Under the pieces are notes generated by a model. The model worked only from the letters and a program-made list of their open reading frames with translations, had not been told where the DNA came from and made no database searches. From Mobula hypostoma (taxonomy: Eukaryota): 64,000 nucleotides of DNA. This document shows positions 1-11,642 of this stretch, one piece after another (the stretch's first letter is position 1; every line of letters starts with the position of its first letter). A program made the translations under genes and the position numbers. The DNA is taken from contig NC_086097.1 in assembly GCF_963921235.1 (NCBI RefSeq), positions 230,456,001 to 230,520,000 of the forward strand, given 5' to 3'.

Positions 1-269
1 GCATTGCAGAACTGCTGGCAACGGGGAAAACAATCAAAGCTGCAATTCATCTTACAGACCGGGAGAGATGAATCAAGCAGGAATCACCCGCTTTTCCACT
101 GCACGGTAACACGTAGATACGATTCTAACTGTAGTTACATTCAAAACGTTATATAACGTTATGTATAACTTACAAATATAATGGGCCAAAGGGAACACAC
201 ATGCACTTAGAATTACCCTTCTGACGAAACCAAACTTGACTTGATTTCTGGACAAGATTCCCACATTTG

Positions 270-1220
270 AAGGTCCCCGCTCGCTTATTCCACTGAAGCC
301 CCGCGGTCATCGACTTTGTTAATTCACGAACAGAAGTGCTGTTCGGCCCGGTTTTTAAACGCAGGTAAAAGTGCGTGTGTGTTCACCCGGTTAAAAGCAG
401 CGGGTAAGCGGTGAGAGTGCGCTCGCTGCTCGAAGCCTGCGCGCTTCCATCCTCCGGATGAGACACACAACCGGCACCAAGAGAATTTATCGTTTTTAAA
501 AAAGAAACCACAAAACAAAGCACCAACGACCCCCCAGAAAGTTAAACATGGCGCTGAGGACAAGCGGCGGAAAGTCGGGGAGAAAGGCAGCGCAACCCTA
601 CCTCGGGCGGGCGTCCCTCCTTGCGGCAGAGGCAGTCCGGGGTGATGCGTGGGGCTGCGCCTACACCGACACCAGCGCCGGCCCCCGCAGCGGGGCACCG
701 CAACTCAGGCAGCGTCCGCAAGAAAGCCGGGCTCCCGCCAATTCACTGCCTCCACCTCTGCCCTCCGGCCGCTGCCGCTGCCGCTGTCTGTCTGGCAGGC
801 AGGCAGGCAGTCTGGCGAACGGGAAAGGGATGAAAGAACAGCGCGCTGGTGACGGGCTTGTCAGCGCGCAGTGTTAAAGTGTGTACTGTATCACGGAAAT
901 AGAGGGGGAGCCGGAGGAGGAGCTCTCCCGACAGTCTGAAGTCGCCACTACCTCCAGCACCACAGATGGGGCAAACAAGCGCGGTAGGAGTTCGGGGGCT
1001 GGAAGCTTCGCAGTGGAGTATAATTAGAAACAGATTGCTTCAGTAGGGTTACACACTGGGCGGCTCTTTCCCCGGCTGCATAATATGATGCACGACAATT
1101 TGCAACCTCCCTTCGCTGTTTCGCTGCTGCGCTGTAACATTTGAAACAAATCAAAGCCTGAAACTTTTAAACACTCTGGGTCTATATACCGTACATTCTG
1201 GCGATATTGCGCACGCATTT
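270..1220 (-). promoter_or_regulatory. CpG island / probable promoter of a host gene transcribed leftwards
   Basis: GC- and CpG-rich unique sequence in an otherwise CpG-poor window. Contains a YY1-like AACATGGCG (545-553), an ETS-like ACGGAAAT (893-900) and an NRF1-like TGCGCACGCA (1208-1217). Confidence 0.7.
602..850 (-). other. Putative non-coding first exon (5' UTR) of an unidentified gene; 5' boundary uncertain
   Basis: The minus strand reads ...CGCCCGAG|GTAGGG (donor at 602/601), followed by a T/G-rich intron-like tract (480-540). There is no AUG on the minus strand in 602-850, and the region has GC-rich (GCGGCA)n-type tracts typical of 5' UTRs. Confidence 0.5.
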
Positions 1221-1629
1221 AGACATATTTCTCTCCTTAAGCACTCAACATAGTTCCGTTTTATCGGTTTGCTACAGTTATGTGCTCATGGCATCGATCT
1301 TTCAATAAACTCATATGATGGGTCGATATTGTCTCAAGCGTTCCACTTTTGGTTGGGTACAAATCCTAGGCATAGGTACATTCCGAACGTGTCGTTATTG
1401 CTAAGTATGCGGGAAAAAAAAGCCACTTTTAAAACAAAAGCGAGGGAAGGAGTAAATCCAATCGCATTGAACTACAGAAGAGGGTTTAATCCCTAGATTG
1501 ATCTGGATACATCATTGAAACGTTGAAGGTATAACGAGGGTTGAATCGCCCCACGGTTACTCGGGCACAACAGGATCAACTCTCACTATTCCAGTTCCTT
1601 AAGTTATTACACGCCATGTGTTTATAGCA

Positions 1630-1795
1630 GCTTAGCTGGTCAGGCAGCATCTATGGATGGGAATAACCTGATGACCTGTTGTAGTGTCTCGGCCCGAAAC
1701 GTCGACTGATTGTTCCCACCCTGACCTGCGGAGCTCCACCTGCAGATTGTGTGTACGGCTGTCGATTTCCTGCATCTGCAGTGCCTCTCGTGCCC
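1630..1795 (+). mobile_element. Degenerate Penelope-derived fold-back element
   Basis: Contains GGCCCGAAACGTCGACTG, CAGCATCTATGG and GCATCTGCAG, as in the better-preserved copies at 6151 and 52261. Confidence 0.7.
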
Positions 1796-2499
1796 TTAAA
1801 TGATCAGGTGCAGTAACTCTTTATACGGTATTCTCCCGACCAGAGGGAATCATACTCCTTTTCCCTCTATAGTCAAAATCCCGTCGAACAAAACTCATAT
1901 TCGAGTGAAAATTTGCCTTTATGAATACTGCTGTGAGATTATCATTACTGCAATACTGGCCAGTCATAAAATATGGGGGCACGGGAGTCTTAAATGTAAC
2001 TTTGCTTCTTCCAAGTCGAATCAGACAGTTATATTGTAATTGCACGACTGAATGCTGTTCCAAGGCGCGTCGTCCTGGCTGGTCGGGAGAAACCTCAAGC
2101 AGAGATCTAGCAATGTATAAATTTAAACAAGGCTCATCGCTCTCCACTGACTCGAACCCCCGAAGAAGTCGGGTGTGTTGATCTATAGCAAAAAGCGGAA
2201 ATGGGGGGGGGAATAAAAAATACTTCCGATAAATCCGCCCACATGTAAGCAAGCTGTGAAGCGTAGTATTGAGATTTGAGCTCGTGTATTTTCCACATCA
2301 GTGAGGAATTGCGTAGGTTCGCCTATGTGTAAGCAAACACCGAGAGTGGGGAGGATAACGGTGTCACCCCCTACCCTGGAAGCACACAAGGCAATTTTTA
2401 AAATGTGTAATCACCCGCTCCATGGGCCAACATGGAACAAGTAAGGATAATCACCATCTACAATTATGAAACACCTATTCTCATCTTGTCTCCTGCAAT

Positions 2500-2655
2500 C
2501 GACGTATCAGAAGACAATAAGACATAGGAGCAGAACTAGGCCATTCAGCCCATCGAGTCTGCACCATTCCATCATGGCTGATCCCAGATCCCATTCAACC
2601 CCATACATCTGCTTTCTCACCATATCCTTTGATGCCCTGACTGATCAGGAAAGGA
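2500..2655 (-). mobile_element. CR1 LINE 3' end fragment
   Basis: ATAAGACATAGGAGCAGAA...GGCCATTCAGCCCATCGAGTCTGC is the reverse complement of the CR1 3' UTR at 31700-31770. Confidence 0.75.
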
Positions 2656-2929
2656 GCAAAGTTTCCAACAAATTTGTTTATGACCAACTTTTTCTCACAG
2701 TTCTGTTGGGGATGTCTGAGCATTGGAATGGGAAGGTTAAAGCAGACAAAAAAAAAGGAAAAGAGCATCTGCAGATTTTCTCTTGTTTAAGCGTAGAACT
2801 GGATTTGGAGACCAAAAATTAATAGAGAGTTTGAGCACACAGGGGTTGGAAACAGAAAAAGTCTGGATGCTCCTTACAAAGGACCTAGTAAATAAAGCAA
2901 CTGAACAAGGAGACATTAATACCCGAGCA

Positions 2930-3960
2930 CCTCTTGAAACACAGCTTAACAGGGAGTAGGTATGGTCTCATCATTCCTGGGTACAGATTCTTCAGGTAAG
3001 ACAGAGGAGAGATTAGAAGCATAGGGGGTTTTGGCAATATTACTTTCTTCACCTAACATGAAAGTAAATTTCAAAGGAAAATATACTTTGTAATTACTTT
3101 AATAAGGAAACAATGCATGCCAGTAGAAGGGGTGATATGCTAAAAGGATCAATAAATTGAAATAAAGAATACAAATGGGGCAATTATATTCCTAGAGGTA
3201 ACTATAAAGAAGTGTCATTTTGAATTGCAGATTTGCAGGCAAATTTATGATGTAACAACTGTGGGACATTTCTTTATCATTAAATGGAACACCATCAGCT
3301 TAGCAAGAATAAATGGGACAGGATTTCACAACTGCCTTCAGGAGATCATTTCTCTGTCATCTGTAGCAATATTAACAGGGCAACAGGCAGGATAAATCCT
3401 GGATCAGGTTTTAGGGAGGCTGGCAGGGTATCATGGGAGCGCACTTTGGTGGTAATGATCTTGATTATGTTGGATTTAGCATAGTTTTGGAAAAGAGCAA
3501 TCATAAAATGGGAATAAGTCAATGCCAGCACATTGGCAGAGAATCGATCAAGAGATTCAAAGAGTTCAGCATACGAATTTTCCAACAATGAAGAAGAATG
3601 GAGTCATCATGTCTGGAAATCACAAGGTGACAAGGTGCAGAACTGGACAACAAGAAACGGAAGCTTATACCAGTGAGCCTCAGATATTGAAAGTGCAAGG
3701 GTGAATTTGAAGAGAGAATTACAAAGTTAGGAGCGGGCATGAAAGGGTTTGGAAAATCAAAGGAAATGCAAAGTTTAATAGCACCATGAAAAGCAAGAGG
3801 ATAAACAAGGAAAGAATTGAGATTATTATGGAGCAAAAGGTAATCTTTGTGCAATGGTGGAGGATGTGAGAAGGCAATAAGTGGCTTCTTTAGACTCTTT
3901 TTGCTTGCAAAGCCACTCATATGGTGACATTGTATTAAAGATTCAAGATTGCCTTTCTTC
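2930..3960 (+). mobile_element. Highly degenerate CR1 ORF2 fragment (endonuclease/linker region)
   Basis: Patchy similarity to the ORF2 5' half of the CR1 at 28900-30100; many stops. Confidence 0.5.
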
Positions 3961-6150
3961 ACGAGGGTCAAGAAGAACAAAATGATTTTTACTCCGGATC
4001 CAATGCAGCACCAAAAAAACACACAATATGCATAAAGAACACAACAGAAACAAAAATAAATAAATATAGAAGCAATCCTATAAAACAGAATGTACAGGTA
4101 ACTGTTATACCCTTAGACTGACCGTATGTATATTCATTCATTCATAGCTTGTCACACCAGACAGCCAGCCACTCTAGTCTTGTTTGGTTGATGTTGAGCA
4201 GGTCAGTGTCAGCTAAATCAGGTGAGAGTGGGCAGTTGCACAGAACGTGTTCAATGTTCTGCACCCTTTCGCCACACTCACAGGATTCGCTGGTCTTTAA
4301 ACCCCACTTCACTACATTGTCTCCTGTCCTACAAACTCCCGCTCTCTCTCTGTCGAGAGCGCACCACTTCCGTCTGTCAAGCAGTGCCTCGTCTGGTAAC
4401 ATTTCCGTGGGGTCTTGCACTGTATTGTTTGGTGGGGTTCTGGCTTCTGTTTGTTGCCAAAGGTCAATCCTGTATGTTTGGGGGGATGTTCCGTGCGGTA
4501 GTTCCTCCACTGTAGCAAAGCTTTTCCTCGATTTTAGGCGGTTGGAAACTGGCACATGATGATGTAGCAGGTGCCGTGGATCCAAGTTCGGTTTACCTTT
4601 TTCAATTTTTGTCGTAGTGTGTCTTTGGATCTCTGGGGGAACAATGCCTGCAAGTCTGTAAATGACGTTAAGTGGGTGTGGGGCGCAGTGTGCTTGTGAT
4701 TATTCAGCAGGCTTCGTTAAGCAACGGGTCTGTTTTCTTCGCATGGGCTGATCTACCCCACACAGGTGCACTGTATTCTGCAGGTGCATAGCAGTGTGCT
4801 TGAAGTGTGTGAGCATTAACTCCCCATTTCGTGCCTACTAATTTTTTCAAGAGAGAATTGCGAGAGCCAACTCTCCCTCGGAGTTTTTGGATGTGGGTGG
4901 CAAATGAGAGCGTCCTATCCTCCATCACGCCCAGGTAAATTGGAGTTGGATGGTGTTCGAGCTCCTTCCCACACCAGAAGATCTTGAGTTTCCGAGCAGC
5001 TTCTTGATTCCTCAAGTGGAATGCACACACTTGAGTTTTTGATGGATTTGGGTTCAGAGACCATTTTTCATAATACTGAATTGCTTCGAGGACTACTGTA
5101 AGTCGTCTTTCAACTTCTTGGAAGAAGTTAGCTTATGTTGCTATGCATAGGTCATCTGCACAGATAAACCTGCGTGTGTTAGGAAAGGTTGGTTGTTCGT
5201 TTGTGTAGACATTAAATAGTAGAGGTGCCAGGACTGATCCCTGTGGTAGTCCGTTCTTTTGTGGACGCCACCTACTCTTAATTCCATTAATTTCTACATA
5301 AAATCTGCGATTTCCTAGGAGGCTTCTTGTTACTTTGATTGTGGTTTCGTTCTTTAACATTTTAGATAATTTCAGTAGAAGGCCTTTATGATTCATAGTG
5401 TCATATGCTGCTGTTAAGTCAACGAATACTGCCCCTGTAATTTGTCGCACTTCAAAGCCATCCTCAATATACTGGTTCAAGTTCAGGAATTGACTGCAGC
5501 AAGAGCGGCCTGGCCTGAACCTGGCTTGGTCTAGTGTTAGATCTTCAACTAAGGGGGATATTCTTTTCAGTATGAGTCTCTCGTAGAGTTTATAGAGGGT
5601 GCAGAGCAGGGAAATTGGTCTGTAATTTTTAGGAATGTTGGGGTCTTTATTGGGTTTTAGGGGAGCAACAACTTTGGCTCTTCTCCACTTTTTAGGTATG
5701 TTTAATGATCTTAGGCAACAGTTAAAAAGGGACAGAAGCCAGTGGAGTGCTTTAGGTCCTAGATGTTTAAGGAATTCATTAAGAATCCCATCTATGCCAG
5801 CAGCTTTGTTGGACTTTAGCTGTGATACTTCATCCTTTAATTCCTCTAAGGGGAGAGGTGGGAAGTTGTTACTCCCGTTTGAGAGAGCTGACTCCATCTC
5901 CTGATGTTGCTTTTTCTTTTGCCTCCGTTCCTTGTTACTTGGTCGACCATTTAGTATTAGTTGGTGGGCAACCTGATTGGGTGTTACAGCAGCAATTCTC
6001 TGTGATGGTCTATTGTCTGAGTTGAGTTTCCGAACAGTTGCCTATGCCTTCTTACTATTCTTGGTCATGTCTGTGTTTTCTATCAGTTCCTGCCAACGCT
6101 GTTGTCTCTCTTGGCTCAGTAGGGACAGAACTGACTCTTCCATGTTAATT

Positions 6151-6402
6151 TAAACGCAAACAACAGGAATTCTGCAGATGCTGGAAATTCAAGCAACATA
6201 CATCAAAGTTGCTGGTGAATGCAGCAGGCCAGGCAGCATCTGTAGGAAGAGGTGCAGTCGACATTTCAGGCCGAGACCCTTCGTCTAACTTCGTCTAACA
6301 TTAGTCCTGACGAAGGGTCTCGGCCTGAAACGTCGACTGCACCTCTTCCTACAGATGCCGCCTGGCCTGCTGCGTTCACCAGCAACTTTGATGTATGTTG
6401 TT
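6151..6402. mobile_element. Penelope-derived fold-back non-autonomous element nested in the Vingi-type element
   Basis: Inverted arms of about 92 bp at 6194-6285 and 6309-6400. TSD TCT(T/C)CCATGTTAATT at 6136-6150 and 6403-6417. Confidence 0.8.
6303..6338 (+). ncRNA. Minimal type-I hammerhead ribozyme motif
   Basis: AGTC-CTGACGA-AGG(GTCTCGG)CCT-GAAACGTC-GACT: stem I AGTC/GACT, intact CUGANGA and GAAAC cores, GUC cleavage triplet, and palindromic ACGT in place of stem III. Confidence 0.7.
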
Positions 6403-7356
6403 TCTCCCATGTTAATTGTGTCTTGACCAAACGGGTCTTGGTCCTATAAGTTGACATACTCATCATAACTTTGCTTGATATCCCCAGTCAATCCCTGAAT
6501 ATATTTGGTTCTGCAGCCTCTAGGTATGTTCTGCTGGGCTACTTTCCAGATTAGTCGGACAAATTCAACATAATGATCAGGTTCTGGTGGTATGGTATCG
6601 ATAAGTTGATCAAGGGATTCTGCGAAGGATGTCCAATTCGCTTTTCTCAGGTTAAATCTTGTTAGGTGCTTTGATGGTACAGGTCTCAGAACTGGAAGGG
6701 ATTCTACCTGGACAGGACGGTGTTGGGATTTGTGTATATGTTGGAGGACCGTTCGTGTGAAGAGATTGGAGCTTGCCGAGGTAACAAAGACAAGGTCTGG
6801 GTTGTATCCTTTTCTCCATCTGGCACTCGTGAAGGTAGGGGTGTCCTTTGTCTCATATAGTAGCTCAAGGCTGTTGTTTAGAGCCCATGATACAACTTCT
6901 TCTCCATTTGCATCGTCATCTTTGTATCCTCAGTTGGTGCTATGGCTATTAAAGTCACCAACAATGAAGTACATTTTGTCCTGGAGATCTAGGTTAGGTG
7001 GCCACATGAATGGTTCATTAGGGGGTTTGTAGACAGAGATGATATTTATGTGTTTTGTTTCAACTTTCAGAAGTTCCATTGAGCCGGCTTGGATGTTTGC
7101 TGTGCTTATTACTATGGATTTATCTTTAACAAAGATTGCACTTCCATAATTTGGCGAGGGGTGTCAATAGCCAAGGGTTGGTTGCTCAACCTATGAGTTT
7201 CTTGTATGCACAAGATGTCTGGTTTAGAGTTTGCCAGGATTTCTGCTTTACTGTGGCTGAAGCCTTCGATGCTGTGGCTAACGATTTTCATGATTGCCAG
7301 TGGGCCGAGGGTTTATCCTTTTACCACCCACTGGATCACTTGGTCTGGCGCGTAAT

Positions 7357-7418
7357 GTCAGGATCGGTCTCCTTTCAGATTAACAGGGTCACGGCGTGAA
7401 CGCTCCTGACTCAACCCC
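7357..7418 (-). ncRNA. Putative HDV-like self-cleaving ribozyme at the element 5' end
   Basis: The minus-strand RNA parses as P1 GGGGUU/GACCCU, P2 GUCAGGA/UCCUGAC, P3 GCG/CGU, L3 UUCACGC, P4 UCU-GAAA-GGA and J4/2 CCGA. Its 5' G coincides with the TSD-defined boundary. Confidence 0.7.
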
Positions 7419-7619
7419 TGTATGTATATAAAGTGGTGCTATGTATGTGTATGTCGTGGTGTGGGGAGGTGGGTGGAGATGGGGTGGATTAATGGGTGCA
7501 GGCATTGATCAGCCTTTTGGCTTGGGAGGAGTAAATGTTTTTGTGTCTAGTGCTCCTGGCCTGGATGCTGCATAGGCTCTTCCCTGATGGGAGTGGGACA
7601 AGCAATGTCCAAGGAGATG

Positions 7620-9500
7620 AGTGTGAAATATTGGGTGGACTAAGCATGTAGTAGTCATAAAGAGTTTAGCATCTTAAATAGATAAATCACCCTTCATATC
7701 TCTTCTATAGATTGTATCCTGTTCAAGATTAGAATAAGAGAAATGCCAGGCTATTTAAAGAAACAAGAAAATTATCTTCATTTTCTAATCATCCCTGGTG
7801 ACAGATGATTAGAGAACTGCTAACATTGTACCATCATTTAAAAAAGAGATAAATTGAGTTAATTATAGTCCACAGAGTTAAAATTTGGTGATAGGGAAAT
7901 CTTTGGAATCATTTTTGAGGGACGTTAGAAACATTTATTTAGAAAGACACAGATTGGTCAATGGCAGAATGCATGCATTTGTTAAGGGATGGTCATGTCT
8001 GACTAACCCGATAGTACTTTTTTTGTGGGGTTCACCAGCAGGATTGGTGAGAGTGGTGCACTTGATGGTGTCTGCCTGAACTTTAGCAATGATTTTAGAG
8101 GATGTCCCACATGGCAGACTGTCTAAGAAAAGATAAAGCCCACCTGATCAAAGGAAAGAAGGAAATCAAATTGAAAAAATTAGGCTCATGAGCAGTAAGC
8201 AAATGGTATTCAATAGTTTGAAGGTAGTTTCCAGTGAGATTGTACAAGCCCCAGTACACCATCCCTCATTGTTTATCGTATAGACTAATGAGTTTGAAAA
8301 ACACTGTAGGGACTCCAAAAGTCAGCAATGATTAAAAAACAATTAGCCACACAGTTGATAGTGAGAAGGAGAATTTTAAACTGCAAAGATAATCAATGGA
8401 CAGAACAATAGGAAAGGATATTCGATCTGTAGAAATTTGAGATAATGAATTTGGGGAACTACAATAAGGCACAACAAATGGGAAGATAATGAGAGGTGTG
8501 ATAAACAGTTGAACATTGGTCTGTTTTTCTACAGTTCCTTAAAGATAGCCAGACCAATTGATAAGTCAAGGACATAAGAAAGCTTCCTTTGTCAGCAAAA
8601 AGAATATAAGCAGCACACACAAAATGCTGGAGGAACTCAGCAGGCCAGATAGCATCTATGGAAATGAGTAAACAGTCGACATTTCAGGCTGAGGCCCTTC
8701 TTCAGGAGAGTTGACTGTTTACTCACTTCCATGGATGCTCCCTGGCCCGCTGAGTTCCACCAGCATTTTGTGTGTGTTGCTTTGGATCTCCAGCATCTGC
8801 AGATTTTCGCATGTTTGAAGAGAATATAAGTGCAGAGAAACTCTATGACAGTAGTTAAGCCACAAATTGAGTTTCAGTCACCACTATACAATGTATGGAG
8901 AAGATGCAGAAAATATTTACTAGGATATTGCTGGAATCACTCAAAGATTGGAATATGGGCTGGGGTTGTTTACTTTGGTACTAAGTGTCTCTGTACCTTT
9001 TTTCTTTGTGAAGACACTGGTATGTTGACATCGTAGTTAAGGGGAAGAGTGTGGAATATTAAATGGGACAAGCATTATAATAAAGAAATTAGCATCTTTT
9101 GAAATAGATAAATTATCCTTCTAAGATTAGGTTAGAGTTCCCATGTTGAGGGGACATTTAATTAAGTATAAAATTTTGACGGCCTAGCTAGGCAGAAGGA
9201 CTTCCTGTATTTCCTTTACAAGAGGGGTAAATATGAGGAAGTATCAGAAGTGAAGATTAAAGATATTACAGATTAGCTCAATCTGTCACATATACCTAGA
9301 AACATAAAATCAAATGTGTTGTTTGTGCCAATGACCAATTGTCCAAATATGAACTGTGGGAAGACCGCCAGTTGCCCCATGTTTTTTAGCACTAACATAG
9401 CATGGCCGCAGCTTACTACAAGTAATTAGTAGATGGATTAGAGTGGAAATATGACAATTTTTCCCCAGTAGAGGAATGTTATGTGTTGGAATTCACTGCC
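7620..9500 (+). mobile_element. Degenerate CR1 ORF2 (RT region), interrupted by younger inserts
   Basis: Remnants such as HAFVKGWSCLTN, GATGTCCCACATGGCAGACT and GGAATTCACTGCCTGA. Confidence 0.65.
8611..8820. mobile_element. Penelope-derived fold-back element
   Basis: Inverted arms CACACACAAAATGCTGG...CCAGCATTTTGTGTGTG. TSD AGAATATAAG at 8601-8610 and 8821-8830. Minus-strand core CTGAAGA...GAAATGTCGACT. Confidence 0.8.
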
Positions 9501-9514
9501 TGAACACATACTCT

Positions 9515-10095
9515 GTTGGTAAGATAGCGACGGGCTGGTCGCAGTAGCTTCTACTGGGGTCAACCAAAGGTATTATTGTCTATTTTTAAACATAGTTTTT
9601 ATGATTGCAAGACCCTGCTGCATATTAAGAACTTAAAGTCCTGCACGCCTACTCCATCAGCTAATTGCTCGTTGGCGGAGAAACCGAAGGAGCTGGACTT
9701 GGTGAAGATCAGGCTACCACTGCCCGTGACAAAGAGGCGGTTGGTGCATGAAGGAGGTGTGCATTCTAACAGCGAGTGACTATCTTAGTAGCTTTTCTTG
9801 TGATCACAAGACCCTGTTAAACACTGGTGGCATGGAATGTTGTAATTCCAATTCAGTGGTTTACTGGCGATCGGCAGGGGCGGAGTCGGAGTCGGAGTCA
9901 GGAGCCCCACCTGAGTGCTGGAGGCTGTGTGGCGCAGTGTCCACGCTAAAGTCGGTGCAGCCCTCAGTGTTTGCTTGGCAGAAGACAAGCTGGATTGTGT
10001 TCAACTGCAGACTGCTGGAACATTTGTAGAGTCAGGGACTCAGGCTATATTTTTTGTGTGTGACTGTATTTTACTGCTATCTTATACGTGCTATA
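9515..10095 (+). repeat. Unclassified non-autonomous interspersed element
   Basis: CpG-retaining start AAGATAGCGACG, an internally repeated motif (TGAT..CAAGACCCTG at about 9602 and 9801), and a T-rich 3' part. Confidence 0.4.
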
Positions 10096-10309
10096 TGTCT
10101 CATTGCATGTCCTTTAGAACTAGCCTGTTTGTGAGGACATTGGGCTAACTTTCAAACTTTGTGGGAAACATAGCTACCTACTGCATTAGTGATGTGTCGT
10201 TAATTACACGTAGGCCACAAGTAACAGCAGTATCTCCCTGACATCCCGTTAGTGATAATTAACATGCAACTTCATGAAAGGCTTCAGATTTCTATGGCAG
10301 ATAACTGAG

Positions 10310-11642
10310 AATGAAGATTAATCATCTGATGATACACAACACCTGGACTACATGGGTATTGAAAGAAGTGGCTGAAGAGATTGTGGACGCATTAGTAACG
10401 ATCCTTCAAGAATCAATAGATTCCAGCATAGTTTCGGAAGGCTGGAAAATGCAAATGTCACTCCACTCTTCAAGCAGGGAGAAAGGAGGAAGAAAGTAAA
10501 TTATAGGCCAGTTAGTCTGATCTCGGTCATTGGAAAAACGTTGGAGTTAATTATTAAAGATGTGGTTTTGGGGTACTTGGAGGCACATGATAAAATAGGC
10601 CAAAATCAGCATGGTTTCCTTATGGAAAAATCTTGCCAGACAAATCTGATGGAATTCTTTGAAGAAATAACAAGCAGGATAGACAAAAGAGAATCTGTGG
10701 ATGTCATGTACGTGGACTTTTAGAAAGCCATTCTCTGGTTGGCGTCCTATGACTGGTGGTATTTCACAGGAATCTGTATTGGGACTAATTCTTTTTAAGC
10801 TATATGTCAATGATTTGGATAACAGAATTATGGTTTTGTGAGCAAGTCTGTGGATGATATGAAGATAAGTGGTGGGGCAGGTAGTGTTGAGGAGGAAGGG
10901 AGGATGCAGAAGCTTGGAAGAGAAGTGGCAGATGGAATATAGAGTGAGGAAATATGTGGTCATACACTTTGGTAGAAAAAGATAAAAGCATAGACTATTT
11001 TCTAAATCGAGAGAATATTTTAAAATCTGAGGTGTAAAGGGAGTTGGGAGCCCTCGTACAGAATTCCTAAAGCAGGGATTCTCAACCTGGGGCTCACAGA
11101 TCCCTCAGTTAATGGTAGAGGTCCGTGGCTTAAAGAGGTTGGGAACCCCTGCCTGAATGGTTAATTTGAAGGTTGAGTTGGTGGTGAGGAATGAAAGTGT
11201 TACCATATGAGGACCGATTGATAGATCTGGGCCCATATTCACTGGAACTCAGAAGAATGTGGGGTGATCTCATTGAAACCTATCGAATGTTGAAAGATCT
11301 TGAAAGAGTGGATGTGCAGAGGATGTTTTCTCTGGTGTGGGAGTCTAGGACCAGAGCAGACAGCCTCAGAGCAGAGGGACATTCGTTTAGAACGGAGATG
11401 AGGAGGAATTTCTTTAGACAGAAAGTGGTAAATCTGTGGAATTTGTTGGAACAGGAGGCTATGGAGGTCAAGTCATTTGGTATATTTAAGGCAGAGGTTC
11501 ATAGATTCTTGATTAGTCAGGGCAGGAAGGGTTATGGAAAGAAGGCAGGAGAATGGGTTGAGAGGGAAAATTAATCAACCATGATGGAATAGCAGACTGG
11601 ATGGGCTGAATGGTCTAATTCTTCTACTATTTCTTAAGGTCT
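10310..11642 (+). mobile_element. 5'-truncated degenerate CR1 (RT to 3' UTR)
   Basis: ORF remnants VLKEVAEEIVDAL, QHGFLMEKSCQTNL...VDVMYVDF and RRMWGDLIETYRML...VVNLWNLL, followed by a CR1 3' UTR. Confidence 0.85.
11072..11151. mobile_element. Short hAT-like MITE inside the CR1
   Basis: TIRs CAGGGATTCTCAACCT...AGGTTGGGAACCCCTG; same family as 50090-50168. Confidence 0.65.

Larger units (their letters stand above)
4142..7291 (-). pseudogene. Disrupted APE endonuclease / reverse transcriptase ORF of the Vingi-type element
   Basis: Starts MKIVSHSIEGFSHSKAEILANSKPDILCIQETH (ATG at 7291). APE motifs IVGDFNSH, YNPDLVF and SQHRPV are present. RT pieces are at 5133-5897 and 4704-5030 (ICADD in place of YADD), and the C-terminus is at 4142-4585. 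The frame is broken by stops, frameshifts and the insert at 6151-6402. Confidence 0.85.
4134..7418 (-). mobile_element. Full-length Ingi/Vingi-type non-LTR retrotransposon, about 3 kb excluding a nested insert
   Basis: Single APE-RT ORF. TSD (C/T)GTATGTATAT at 4123-4133 and 7419-7429. The 3' tail is (TGAA)n and the 5' end starts GGGGTTG. Motifs FVDLTAAYDT, GLPQGSVLAP, DRTLSF, AEYSAPVW, DPRH...RLKSRKSF and C-terminal CECG...H...CP match Vingi-type proteins as I recall them; no RNase H is evident. Confidence 0.85.

Noticed and set aside
548..877. 109-aa plus-strand ORF beginning with ATG in the CpG island
   Set aside because: Low-complexity GC-rich translation with no recognisable domain. The ATG lies in a YY1-like motif, and splice context favours minus-strand transcription.
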